A DNA stretch of 64,000 bases. Origin: an uncultured virus (IMG/VR IMGVR_UViG_3300028586_000757). Taxonomy: Duplodnaviria; Heunggongvirae; Uroviricota; Caudoviricetes. The position numbers and the translations under genes are program-made. The stretch is taken from the IMG/VR virus record IMGVR_UViG_3300028586_000757; one strand, given 5' to 3'. Shown piece by piece: positions 9,633 to 19,121 of the stretch. The notes under the pieces are model-generated. The model was not told the origin of the DNA, ran no database searches, and saw only the letters and a list, made by a program, of their open reading frames with translations. Each line of letters opens with the position of its first letter. The first letter of the stretch is position 1.

Positions 9633-10061
9633 TTAGGCGTCGGGGAAAGTACCGAAGACCTGTGCAATTACTTCGTAGTCGGGTGGTGCACCCAGTTTTT
9701 CCATCTGCGGGAAATGCTCCGCGATGCGGTTACCTTGCTCGAAGCTAATTCGGCGCGCGTACGGATAACGGCGGCCGCCCACCATGACGTGGTGCTCGCC
9801 AATACTTGAGATGTTGCCAGTGGCCCAAGGGTCGCAAGGGTGGCAGTCACCCCAGCGGCTTGCGAAGACGTAGTCTCCCACTGCGAGATTGCTAGGCGCC
9901 TCAATGTTCCGGACCAGAGGTTGATTTTCCTCTTCGTACATGTCCAGTACATCGGTTTTGTTCGCCAACAGCCATTTCTTGATGACTTCGCAGCGCTGTT
10001 CGACATCGCCAGCGGCGCCTACTATGGTCGCAAGGTCTCTAGCCAGCTCATTCAGACTCAT
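9633..10061 (-). CDS. Hypothetical protein
   Basis: RBS GAGG; terminator at about 9570-9598. Confidence 0.65.
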   Translation of the reverse strand: MSLNELARDLATIVGAAGDVEQRCEVIKKWLLANKTDVLDMYEEENQPLVRNIEAPSNLAVGDYVFASRWGDCHPCDPWATGNISSIGEHHVMVGGRRYPYARRISFEQGNRIAEHFPQMEKLGAPPDYEVIAQVFGTFPDA

Positions 10062-10086
10062 TGTTGTCCTCGATGTAGGTTTGGTG

Positions 10087-10446
10087 TCAGTATTCCGACA
10101 GCGGCTTGGTCAGGTGGTACGTGACCCGGGCCTTGTCGAGAGCTTGAGAATTTCGGAAATGGCACAGGTGGCAGACTGGGAGTTTACCCGGGTGCGTGCA
10201 GTCGACGCGAACAGCCGGCGCAGGTTGCACCTCGTCTCGCGCGATGTAGCCGTCTTCCTCGAGCATGTAGTAGACCTGGTCCATCTCGGTCTCGTCAAAG
10301 CCGATACCCAGCATCCATACCAGCTTCTTGTACAGATTGTTGTTCGCTTGCCCTTCAGGGGTGAGTGGCAAAATTTCGAGCAGCATGCGCATTTTGCCTG
10401 GTTTTTGCCAGTGCTCTCGCAGCTTTTCCTTTTCGTAGTTGTTCAT
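10087..10446 (-). CDS. Hypothetical protein
   Basis: Upstream motif at 10463-10478. Confidence 0.6.
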   Translation of the reverse strand: MNNYEKEKLREHWQKPGKMRMLLEILPLTPEGQANNNLYKKLVWMLGIGFDETEMDQVYYMLEEDGYIARDEVQPAPAVRVDCTHPGKLPVCHLCHFRNSQALDKARVTYHLTKPLSEY

Positions 10447-10545
10447 CGCAGTTTTGGTAGTTGTCCTATTCGATGTAGCGAACGAGCTTAGCCGGCCGCC
10501 CAAATAAAACGCTCACCTGGAGGTGAGCGTTCGGTAAATCAGATG

Positions 10546-10896
10546 TTATTCCAGCGCGAACAGCCGGCGGCGTACAGCGTCAGCGTGTTGGCAGTCATGC
10601 GCAACACTGGCCATTGGGATTACCAGCGTCAGCATCAGGCCCACACTCCACACCGGTGCCACATGGGTGAACAACCCCAGGCCTTGCAGAAGCGCGCCGA
10701 GGATGATGCCCGCCACAGCGAGCACGGCGAAGTCATTACGCAGCGTTGGGACCAGCGGTGCGGCCTTCTCACCGGCGAACCCTGCCAGCAGAACAGTCGC
10801 GACACCCGTCGCACACCACCACCATGGGAAGGGCAGGGCGAACAACACGAGCATCAGGGCAGCACAGACGAAGGTAACGTTCCAGTAAGTTTTCAT
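10546..10896 (-). CDS. Multi-TM membrane protein
   Basis: Hydrophobic; RBS AAGGA; motif at 10924-10939. Confidence 0.6.
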   Translation of the reverse strand: MKTYWNVTFVCAALMLVLFALPFPWWWCATGVATVLLAGFAGEKAAPLVPTLRNDFAVLAVAGIILGALLQGLGLFTHVAPVWSVGLMLTLVIPMASVAHDCQHADAVRRRLFALE

Positions 10897-11094
10897 AACA
10901 ATTCCTTGTAGAGGTTTAATCAAGTCCTGCTAGGTGTAGTCACCGCAGCTACTTGGCAGTGTCATGAAAGAATGTCTACTTTCCGTCCAGGAGCGACTTT
11001 CCACGTTAAAACTTCCTTTGAGGGGCATACTCACGTCCCCGGCTTGGATTGGCTATAGGGAAGAGGTAAACTTTTTTCTAAAGGACAAATCAAA

Positions 11095-12195
11095 ATGGGC
11101 AATTTCAACTATCTCTGCGCAGCAAGTCAGCAAGTCATCCAGGAGAAGGACCGCTGCTACGTTCTGCCGATTATCCAGCAGACGAGCTACTCGGCTCGGA
11201 CCCTGAAGCTCAACGGCAAGACCATTAAGGTGCCAGGCGTATCACGGCACCACTGCTACCCAGACTGCCAGTGGACGTGGCTGGGCAACTTCCTGGAAGC
11301 GACCTACACGAACCGCGGCACGTTCGAGCTGCTCAACACTGTATCGAATCAGGTCCGCATGTTCTTCCTGGCTTTCACGCTGGTGGGCAAGGCGGCTATC
11401 GCACACGATGGCAGTGTACTCCCGTCGTTTGACATCAAATCGTTCATCGCAGACAAGCACCCCATGCTGTCCGAGGCGCTCAGCGCAGCAACGCCTACCT
11501 ACGAAAGTGATTGGCGCGTAATCGTGCCGGCCAACCTGGCAGAGCACTTTGAAAGCCTGGCCGCCGTGTTCGAGTACCTCTACGACGGGGTGGTCCATTC
11601 GATGGTGTACGTTGAGGCGTCCAAGGAGGACAAGACCGTAACGGCTGTGCAATTTGCCATCTACAACGGTGTGGTATTTGACAAGCTCGTTTCGATGGGC
11701 GAAGCCGAGAAGGGCGCCGCCCAGGCATTCTTCGAGAAGGCACTGCCGCAAATCGACCCCGTGCGTCCTGGCGGTCGCATTGCGGCTCTGCTGGAAGCGG
11801 TTGACGACAACGACTTCAACGAGAAGTTCGGCGAGAAGGCTGCCGAGTTCAAGGAAATGCTGAACCAGGAAATCGGTTTCGCTCTGGACCGCTTGGTTAG
11901 CAACTTGCAGCAAGCGCTGTATTACGCAGGCCACGGCCAACACGGCGAATTCGAGGAAGTGGTACACGGTCTGACTTTGAACAAGAGCACGATGCCTGTG
12001 GAGGACGCGCTTTTTGAAGCGGCTCGTGCCGTCATCGAAGCCCGTTATGCGCTCAACGCCATGGGCCGTGAACACCTGTTCATCTCCCCGATGCGCACGT
12101 GCGGTGACGAAGGCAACTGCTACGGCAAAGAGTACGCACAGTTCATCAGTGACGCTGCAGAACTGGTGGATGCGTCCAAGCCCATCCGATGGTAA
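11095..12195 (+). CDS. Hypothetical protein
   Basis: 366-aa ORF with RBS, motif at 11053-11068 and downstream terminator. Confidence 0.75.
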   Translation: MGNFNYLCAASQQVIQEKDRCYVLPIIQQTSYSARTLKLNGKTIKVPGVSRHHCYPDCQWTWLGNFLEATYTNRGTFELLNTVSNQVRMFFLAFTLVGKAAIAHDGSVLPSFDIKSFIADKHPMLSEALSAATPTYESDWRVIVPANLAEHFESLAAVFEYLYDGVVHSMVYVEASKEDKTVTAVQFAIYNGVVFDKLVSMGEAEKGAAQAFFEKALPQIDPVRPGGRIAALLEAVDDNDFNEKFGEKAAEFKEMLNQEIGFALDRLVSNLQQALYYAGHGQHGEFEEVVHGLTLNKSTMPVEDALFEAARAVIEARYALNAMGREHLFISPMRTCGDEGNCYGKEYAQFISDAAELVDASKPIRW

Positions 12196-12270
12196 CTCTG
12201 TAATTCCAAGCCAGCTTTCGAGCTGGCTTTTCTTCGTCTGCGGCAAGCTTACATTGCGTGTCTAAACAGC

Positions 12271-12930
12271 ATGGCTTCACTGGCCATGACCGCCGGATAC
12301 CTCTACATCGCTCAGGACCCCTCCACGCCTTCGCAGCTGAAAGTGGGCTTTACAACGCGCCCGCCGGCCGAACGCGAGCGAGAACTCCGCGGGTGCGCCG
12401 ATACGAATTTTGAAATTCTGCGAGCCTTCCCTACGCGGGCCGCCAGGGAGGCCGAGACGTTGGCACACGCCTGGCTAGATGACTTGAACTTGCGCGCCCG
12501 TGCAGGTTCGCGCCGTGAACAGTTCGTCGGCGACTTTTCTCAAATTTCTGAAGTATGCGAGCGCGCCGCAGCTGTGGCACAGCCTGCAGTGAACTTGCCT
12601 AAAAAGCTGGTTAGCGAAGACGTCACGCTCGAGCACACCGACCCTTTCTGGACCAATCTGTTGGCTATGCCGGTGCACGTGGCCGGCGAACGAATTACAC
12701 TGGCCATCTTGATGGGCCAAGCACTTACTGGCGCCATCGCCAAAGGAATGCTGGAGCGTCGGTACGGTATTGCCTGCACCGGCTTTTCAGAGGAAACTCC
12801 ACAATTTACGGTAGATTGGTCTAAAGCAGAATCTGTGCTAAAATGGCAACTTCAGAGCGGCTATGTAGCACCTTCTACCGCTGAGAGCAAAACCAAAATG
12901 AAGGCAACCTGGCTTGAAACTTGTACATGA
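12271..12930 (+). CDS. GIY-YIG-type (T5orf172-like) domain protein
   Basis: GYLYIAQD...LKVGFTTRPPAERERELR...AETLAH...REQF. Confidence 0.75.
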   Translation: MASLAMTAGYLYIAQDPSTPSQLKVGFTTRPPAERERELRGCADTNFEILRAFPTRAAREAETLAHAWLDDLNLRARAGSRREQFVGDFSQISEVCERAAAVAQPAVNLPKKLVSEDVTLEHTDPFWTNLLAMPVHVAGERITLAILMGQALTGAIAKGMLERRYGIACTGFSEETPQFTVDWSKAESVLKWQLQSGYVAPSTAESKTKMKATWLETCT

Positions 12931-13408
12931 CGCGAGCAAAGCGTCTACCGCTGAAATGGACAACCTTGTTGCTGCCACAGCGGTCGACAGCTCCTGTGAC
13001 CATCTTCTGGTTGACCTGTCGGAGTGCCTTCGCCTCGTAGGTGGCAGTGCTGCGAACGGGGACAGCAACGACCCTCTTGTGCTGCAAGGCGAAGCCGAAT
13101 TGAAGTTTCGTCGCTTGATTGCAATGTTTGGTTTCGACCGCTTACCGTTCACATACGGTGAAGCGCATGGCTTGCTGGACTACTGCCAGAGAATTGACTC
13201 GGCAGCAGGGTTTGGCATGATGGAGCCTCAGTGCCTGGAGAGCTGGCAACAAGCCGGTTTTCGACTTTTTGCACGAAAATTACCGCACCTTCTTCCGGCG
13301 CTTAAATTGTTCTGTCAGCGAGATATCGAAGGTTTGCGAGGGCTGCATCGCGCAGACGACACTTTGACAATGCTTGGCCGGCAGTACCGGGAGTACTCTT
13401 TCGAATAA
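12914..13408 (+). CDS. Hypothetical protein (start uncertain; ATG at 12956)
   Basis: ORF overlapping previous gene, followed by terminator. Confidence 0.55.
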   Translation: MKLVHDASKASTAEMDNLVAATAVDSSCDHLLVDLSECLRLVGGSAANGDSNDPLVLQGEAELKFRRLIAMFGFDRLPFTYGEAHGLLDYCQRIDSAAGFGMMEPQCLESWQQAGFRLFARKLPHLLPALKLFCQRDIEGLRGLHRADDTLTMLGRQYREYSFE

Positions 13409-13445
13409 AAAAAAACCGAGGCAAGAGCCTCGGTTTTGAACAGAT

Positions 13446-14375
13446 TTATTTCAGCTTTGCAGGAAACTTCGAGCTCATGACGTCCATGAACTGTGCCAGC
13501 GTCATGTTGACCGGCACAGAGACACCACGAATGTGCTTGCTCAGCGCCGCATAACGGGCGAACGCCGCGAGGCCACTGGAGAATTTGGCTTCGTTGATTG
13601 CACCGCCCGTCTTGCTCGAGCCTTTCAAGCTCTTCAGTTCTTCATGATACTGCATCATCACCAATTCTGCGGCCGTCGGGTCGACGAAATCGCAGGTATT
13701 GGCGTTGATGTTTCGGATGAACGTCGTCACCAGGCGTTTGTCACCGCAGTATTGCGCGATGGCGAAGAACGCACCGAGCACCCCGCCGATTTCGTGAGAA
13801 GCGTGCGACAGGTCCAGACCATTAACAGTCCGGATGCCGTCGATGACTTTCATCACCGCCTGCTTCGTCTTCGTCGAACCCTTCAAGCCAGCTGCCATTT
13901 GCACGGCGGTAGCTTTCGGGCCCTTCACGATTTGTGCCGATACGATGTTGTTCAACTCCTTGCATTCGCGCAGGCCACTGTCGAAGTAGCATTGCGAGCG
14001 CTTTGCAGCTGCCAAGCTGTTGAACTGGTCGTACAGGGCACTGACTTCAGCCATCGAATCGGCGTAGTACACGTCCAGGCGGATGGTGGCATTCGTGTCA
14101 AACGAAGCCAGACCCTTCGCCAGCGAGTCCACGCGATGGTAGCCATCGATGAAAATCAGACGCTTGAGAGCCTTCACCCAGACTGCACTGAAGATTTGGG
14201 AATTACCCTTCAGGACACCCTTGGTGTGGGTCTTGCGACGATTCGTCTTTCCATGGTGACGCTGGCCTTCGTACATGTACTCAGCCGCGGTGCCCAGGGT
14301 GATGAGCGATTCCAGGCTGAGGTCATTTGCAACGATTTGACCGGCGACTTTAGGCAGTTTGATGGATTTCAGCAT
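13446..14375 (-). CDS. ParB/Srx-like N-terminal domain protein
   Basis: LIFIDGYHRV motif; RBS GAGG. Confidence 0.55.
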   Translation of the reverse strand: MLKSIKLPKVAGQIVANDLSLESLITLGTAAEYMYEGQRHHGKTNRRKTHTKGVLKGNSQIFSAVWVKALKRLIFIDGYHRVDSLAKGLASFDTNATIRLDVYYADSMAEVSALYDQFNSLAAAKRSQCYFDSGLRECKELNNIVSAQIVKGPKATAVQMAAGLKGSTKTKQAVMKVIDGIRTVNGLDLSHASHEIGGVLGAFFAIAQYCGDKRLVTTFIRNINANTCDFVDPTAAELVMMQYHEELKSLKGSSKTGGAINEAKFSSGLAAFARYAALSKHIRGVSVPVNMTLAQFMDVMSSKFPAKLK

Positions 14376-14519
14376 TTTAATGTCCTCAAAAAATTTTAAA
14401 TAACAACTGAAACCTATAGCAACCGCTGCTCCATTTTTGTAAGCATCGTCCTACGTCGCATACCTGCCGCATTAAACAAAAACGCCCATCTGTGACGATG
14501 GGCGTCGATTGAAATCAGG

Positions 14520-14909
14520 TTACGCAAAGACTGCCGCGCCGGCGAAGCTCTGTGGTTTGCTCAGAAAGCGCACTGCAAAGCTCTCGCCGATGGACTTCTC
14601 GACCGTCAGCAGGAATGCGTCCAGGGCTGAGGCGACTTGTTCGGGACGATGCGATGCGTCGATGATGGCATGGCAGGTGCTTGCTACGTTTTGACCCATG
14701 CTCTCATAGCGGGCCGTCACCCAGTAACGCTGGAAGTCCGCCTCCAGCTCGACCCAGATGGAGGCGTCGTGTGGAGAGTAGTGTTTCTGTGCGACGTTCT
14801 TGAGAATGCGTTCTTGCGTCCAACTGCGCTCTTGCAGGTACTCGATGATGCTGCAAACCATCGGGTCCTTACCTTGCAATACGACCTCGCGCTGTTCCTT
14901 GGTTGTCAT
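14520..14909 (-). CDS. Hypothetical protein
   Basis: RBS AAGGAG; terminator downstream. Confidence 0.6.
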   Translation of the reverse strand: MTTKEQREVVLQGKDPMVCSIIEYLQERSWTQERILKNVAQKHYSPHDASIWVELEADFQRYWVTARYESMGQNVASTCHAIIDASHRPEQVASALDAFLLTVEKSIGESFAVRFLSKPQSFAGAAVFA

Positions 14910-15043
14910 AGTATCTCCTTGGGTGTCCTGGTGCCTTCGACGAAGGCGCATATCCTCCGTATAGTTTCCACACGCTCGCCCGCCTGGCTATGGAATTCGC
15001 CTGGCTATACAAAAGGGGGATGTTCCCCTTCTCGAGGACACTT

Positions 15044-15724
15044 ATGTACAACATCAAAAACTACAAAACGTTCAAAGGCCACGAAGGCGAGCCATGCGCA
15101 CAAGGTTCGATGCACGGCCCCACGGGTAAAGTCGCCGAATGGTCGGATGACTCCTGGGGCGGCCCGATGCGTATCGACTTCACGCAGAAGGAAGGCGAAA
15201 AGGCTTTCCTGGAGTGGGCCAAGACGCAAGTAAGCCTGTACAAGGACTACAACGGCGTGCCGCACGACCCGGCCAGCATGACCGACTGGGACATCATCGA
15301 AACGGTGGTGGCGTCCATGAGCTATGCGCACGCTGAGCAGCGCCAGCTGGAGAAGTTTGCCAAGAAAGGCATCGCCTACTATCTGCCGGACCCGAAGGCA
15401 CCTGACGGCAAAGCGCTCTATACCTGGAACGCCCCGTACACGGCCAAAAACGTCGCCACGCTGCGTGGTCAGTATCCAAACGCGGACATCATCAACGAAC
15501 GCCTGAACATGCCGCTGGTCGACGATGCCACTGCCGACCTTGCAGCGCGCAACAAGCGCTACAAGTCGCTGTGCCGCACTTCCACCATCTTCACGATTCG
15601 TAAAGATGATGGCACGACCTCCGACATGAAGCTGGGCGCGCAATACAACGCGGTTATCGCGGCAAGCCTGCGTGCCAAGCATGGCGCCAAGCTGGTCGAA
15701 ATCATCAACGAACGTTTCTTGTAA
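15044..15724 (+). CDS. Hypothetical protein
   Basis: RBS GAGG; strong codon bias. Confidence 0.7.
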   Translation: MYNIKNYKTFKGHEGEPCAQGSMHGPTGKVAEWSDDSWGGPMRIDFTQKEGEKAFLEWAKTQVSLYKDYNGVPHDPASMTDWDIIETVVASMSYAHAEQRQLEKFAKKGIAYYLPDPKAPDGKALYTWNAPYTAKNVATLRGQYPNADIINERLNMPLVDDATADLAARNKRYKSLCRTSTIFTIRKDDGTTSDMKLGAQYNAVIAASLRAKHGAKLVEIINERFL

Positions 15725-15729
15725 CAGGA

Positions 15730-16092
15730 GTGGTTCGGATGCCGACACCGACCCCGATGGTAGACGTGCTCCTGGCGTCGTTGCGAATGGAAGTCTGCAA
15801 CGAGTGCCTGGCCCTCGAATCGCTTTTTTCGCTGTGCCAGCCGGCAGCTCTCGAAGAGCGTATCCGTCAGGCTTGCACAAGGGCTCAAAACCAGGACCTT
15901 CCAAGCCATGACGTAACCGAGTATCTGGCCCTGCTATTCCACTATGCATGGGATGGCGCAGATGAGAAAGTGCAGCATGCGATTCACCGGCTCCTGCTGA
16001 ACCGGTCATCTGCGCTGGTCGCGATTTTCGATGACATCGTTTATCCAATGTTCGAGGACCCCGAAGCAGCGGTTGCCATCAACTTGCGCTAA
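15730..16092 (+). CDS. Hypothetical protein
   Basis: RBS AGGAG; operon spacing. Confidence 0.5.
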   Translation: MVRMPTPTPMVDVLLASLRMEVCNECLALESLFSLCQPAALEERIRQACTRAQNQDLPSHDVTEYLALLFHYAWDGADEKVQHAIHRLLLNRSSALVAIFDDIVYPMFEDPEAAVAINLR

Positions 16093-16196
16093 GCCGGCCT
16101 CATTCATTCTTAAGCCTCCGTTTCGACGGAGGCTTTTTCTTTGAGCGACTTGATGCGAGGAACTATACCGCTATGGAAGGTTAACAAAACCTCAAT

Positions 16197-16712
16197 ATGA
16201 CAAAAACTAAGGACACCATGACCCAAGACAACCAGACCACCGCAGCTGTCGAGAATGCACCCGCTCACAAAGCTGAACTGCTCGGCAACCCACCCACTAC
16301 CTTTGTGGGGCTGGAAAACGATGGTACGTTCAAGGAATGGATGCGCCAGCTTGGCGGCAATACCTCTACGTACCGGGCGCGTAAGGCGATTGCACGTGCA
16401 TTGATGGGGCTGGTGAAGGCCTGTGCCACTGAACAACGCAGTGCAAGCAAAAAGGCTTTGTGTGATGCCGTAGTCCGGGGAGCATGGGTCAGCACGAACC
16501 AGCTTCCTGCGCCCTATGAAGAAGTTCGTATCCTGGTCGACGGCATGGCCCGAATTGCTCGACTGGCCCACGATAAAACGCATTTTCAGCTGGCGACATT
16601 CTTGGCCAACACGAAGAATCAGTACCTTGTACCAGTCGAGAATGTGACGGGTTGGCAGCCTCTTGTCGCCGCGCCCGCAGCCGATGCGGCCATCCTGCAG
16701 ATTCCCGCATAG
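16197..16712 (+). CDS. Hypothetical protein
   Basis: ORF between terminators (alternative start at 16218). Confidence 0.6.
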   Translation: MTKTKDTMTQDNQTTAAVENAPAHKAELLGNPPTTFVGLENDGTFKEWMRQLGGNTSTYRARKAIARALMGLVKACATEQRSASKKALCDAVVRGAWVSTNQLPAPYEEVRILVDGMARIARLAHDKTHFQLATFLANTKNQYLVPVENVTGWQPLVAAPAADAAILQIPA

Positions 16713-16814
16713 TACAGCGCTCAAATCATTCTAAGCCCTCGTTCCTTACGAGGGCTTTTCTTTGGCTAAGGCACTTTTCCTATAGGGGGTACAGACCCTA
16801 CGATGAAAGAACCC

Positions 16815-17588
16815 ATGAGCGAACAGAAATCCGATGTTTCCCAGGCGGCTGGCGAGCGAGAAACTACCATCGCAGCCCTGCTTGAAGAGTACAAGGCATC
16901 AAAGAAAAACTACAAAGATGACCCGTTGGTTCAGGCCATGGCAGCGCAGTTGGCACAGATTGTGGGCATGTCGCCTGACGCGGTTGTGGAAATTGCCCAT
17001 TCGGCGCCGGACATGGCAAAAGCCGAACAAGCCCCGGCTGACGTAGTAGGACCCATCTCGGGCTACCTCCGCGTGTGCCGAAACGGGGGCATGTCCAAGA
17101 AAGCCAGCGATGCGGTTCTGAATGCGGTAACCCACGCCCAAGAGCTGGGCTACTTCGAGTTGCTGCGCGCGCCGGCGAGCCTGGACGGCTACGACCGTGA
17201 GCGCATCCTTCACGCCGGCCGCACCCTTCAATGGATGGCCGACTGGGGTACGAAAGAACCGCTGGATGAAGGTATGCTGCATGAAATCGGCGTCGCAGTT
17301 CGATACCTCATGCTGGTGCTGGGCATCTCTCGAGACGATTCTGGCGCACATGGCCTCGCGGCCGCGGAACTGCCGGCGGCTGCAAATGGTACGACAGCAC
17401 TCGGCGCCCTGGCCATGGGTTGGCGTAACGCTGCTGCAGCGTGGGATGTGTGTGCGAGCATTCATCGCACCCATGCGAAGAAGACCGACGCGCTATTCTC
17501 AACGCGTCAACAAGACTTTCTGCGACATGCAGCCGACGCCCGGGCGCGCGTTATGGCCCTGCCTGGCCCGCTATTCGCACCTCGCTGA
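16815..17588 (+). CDS. Hypothetical protein
   Basis: ORF between terminators. Confidence 0.6.
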   Translation: MSEQKSDVSQAAGERETTIAALLEEYKASKKNYKDDPLVQAMAAQLAQIVGMSPDAVVEIAHSAPDMAKAEQAPADVVGPISGYLRVCRNGGMSKKASDAVLNAVTHAQELGYFELLRAPASLDGYDRERILHAGRTLQWMADWGTKEPLDEGMLHEIGVAVRYLMLVLGISRDDSGAHGLAAAELPAAANGTTALGALAMGWRNAAAAWDVCASIHRTHAKKTDALFSTRQQDFLRHAADARARVMALPGPLFAPR

Positions 17589-17690
17589 ACTTTGCGAGGT
17601 TCATTCAACGCCTGCTTTCGAGCAGGCGTTTTTTTTAATAGAAAAACGGCAGAGGAAGGTCCTCTGCCGTCGAATTACTGCGCGATTTTG

Positions 17691-19121
17691 TTAATAGGAC
17701 GTGCTGTTGTCCATTTCCTGGGAGGGCGTATCGTCACGGCTAGCGCCCGAGTCTGCGAAGCCTGAGTCGGTGTCCCTTGAGCTGTCTTGCACTTCCGAGG
17801 TGCTCGAGCGGTCTTCGCTTCGTGCGTTGTCGCCAGCATCGAAGAACGACTGCGTCAAGCTGCTCGGTGTCTCGAACCTGGTGTCCTGAGCCGACTCTAC
17901 GACTGGCTCATTCTCACCATCCCAGACGAAGCGCTGTCCTGCTTCATTCGCATACTCGATGGTAGGCGTCGAGTCTCCGGTGACCGTGAAGGCATGACCG
18001 CCTTGCACGAGGAACTGGGCCTGGCCGTTGTTTTCGGTTACGGTGAAGGAACCGATATTGCGGCCATTTTCATCAAGCAGGTCCACGCGCTTGATGCCCG
18101 CGTATTCCGACACGCGTTGAGAAGCAGCCTCCGGGAAGCCCGGAACGCCTTGTTCCCAGTTACCCGATGCACCGCCACCATCGAACTGACCGCCGGCTCC
18201 GCTGACTTGGTCCCGGTGATGGTCCTGCTGGCTTTGCGACCAGAGGTACCAGGCCATGAACGAATTCGGCCGGTACATAGGCGCCACCTCGGGGAACATG
18301 CTCATGAACATGAAGTCGCCCAGGGTATCCTCATCGTCGCGGTACCTGGTGGTGCTGCTCGAGGGCCGAGCAGTGTTACCCGTCAGACGATTCACCCCTG
18401 CAGGAGGCCTTTGCGGTGCCGGCCGTTGTTGGCTGGCTGCGCGCTGACGCTCTTGCGTGATGCGTTGCTGTTCGCGGGCTTGGCGAGCTGCCTCAGCCTC
18501 ACGTCGAGCGCGCGCTTCGGCGGCAGCCTGAGCTTCTGCTGCGCGGGCTTGAGCGGCCCTTGCCTCGGATTCGGCTCGGCGCCGGGCTACTTCACGCTCT
18601 TCACTTGCCATGCGTCGAGCTTGCTCTTCGGCACGTCGCTGCGCTTCGCGTCGTTTTGCTTCTTCCGACGGTTCTGCGAAGGTTTCGAGGGGAGACCTGA
18701 ACAGGTGCCGATACGACGGAGGAATCGCTTCTTCCCGCAGCGGCTGAGTGCCCAGCAGCATGAAAGTCGACTGCACTTCCAGCGTCGTGACGAATTGTGC
18801 CAGGCCCGCGGTGATTTCCATGAAGTCGGGTACACCGACTGCGATGCAATTTTGCAGTGGTACCATGTTCGACGGGCCGGCGTAGATGTACACCTTCTCG
18901 GTCGAGCCTTGACGGCGGAACATCAGCACTTTCTTGCCAATGAGGCCTTGCACCTCGGGATGCGATTCGTGCACCTCGATGACTTTGTCGAACAGGTAGA
19001 CACCCGGGTCAATCGTCGTGTGGCGCGCCGCCTGGCGCACCGACTTGCCGTTACTGCGGCACAGCGTCAGCTTGGAGGTCTTGTTCTTCGACGAGAACTT
19101 CAGCAGCAGATTCGTAATCAT
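17691..19121 (-). CDS. Hypothetical protein with central coiled coil and acidic tail
   Basis: RBS GAGG; EAKRREAQRR region; GGQFDGGGASGNW. Confidence 0.7.
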   Translation of the reverse strand: MITNLLLKFSSKNKTSKLTLCRSNGKSVRQAARHTTIDPGVYLFDKVIEVHESHPEVQGLIGKKVLMFRRQGSTEKVYIYAGPSNMVPLQNCIAVGVPDFMEITAGLAQFVTTLEVQSTFMLLGTQPLREEAIPPSYRHLFRSPLETFAEPSEEAKRREAQRRAEEQARRMASEEREVARRRAESEARAAQARAAEAQAAAEARARREAEAARQAREQQRITQERQRAASQQRPAPQRPPAGVNRLTGNTARPSSSTTRYRDDEDTLGDFMFMSMFPEVAPMYRPNSFMAWYLWSQSQQDHHRDQVSGAGGQFDGGGASGNWEQGVPGFPEAASQRVSEYAGIKRVDLLDENGRNIGSFTVTENNGQAQFLVQGGHAFTVTGDSTPTIEYANEAGQRFVWDGENEPVVESAQDTRFETPSSLTQSFFDAGDNARSEDRSSTSEVQDSSRDTDSGFADSGASRDDTPSQEMDNSTSY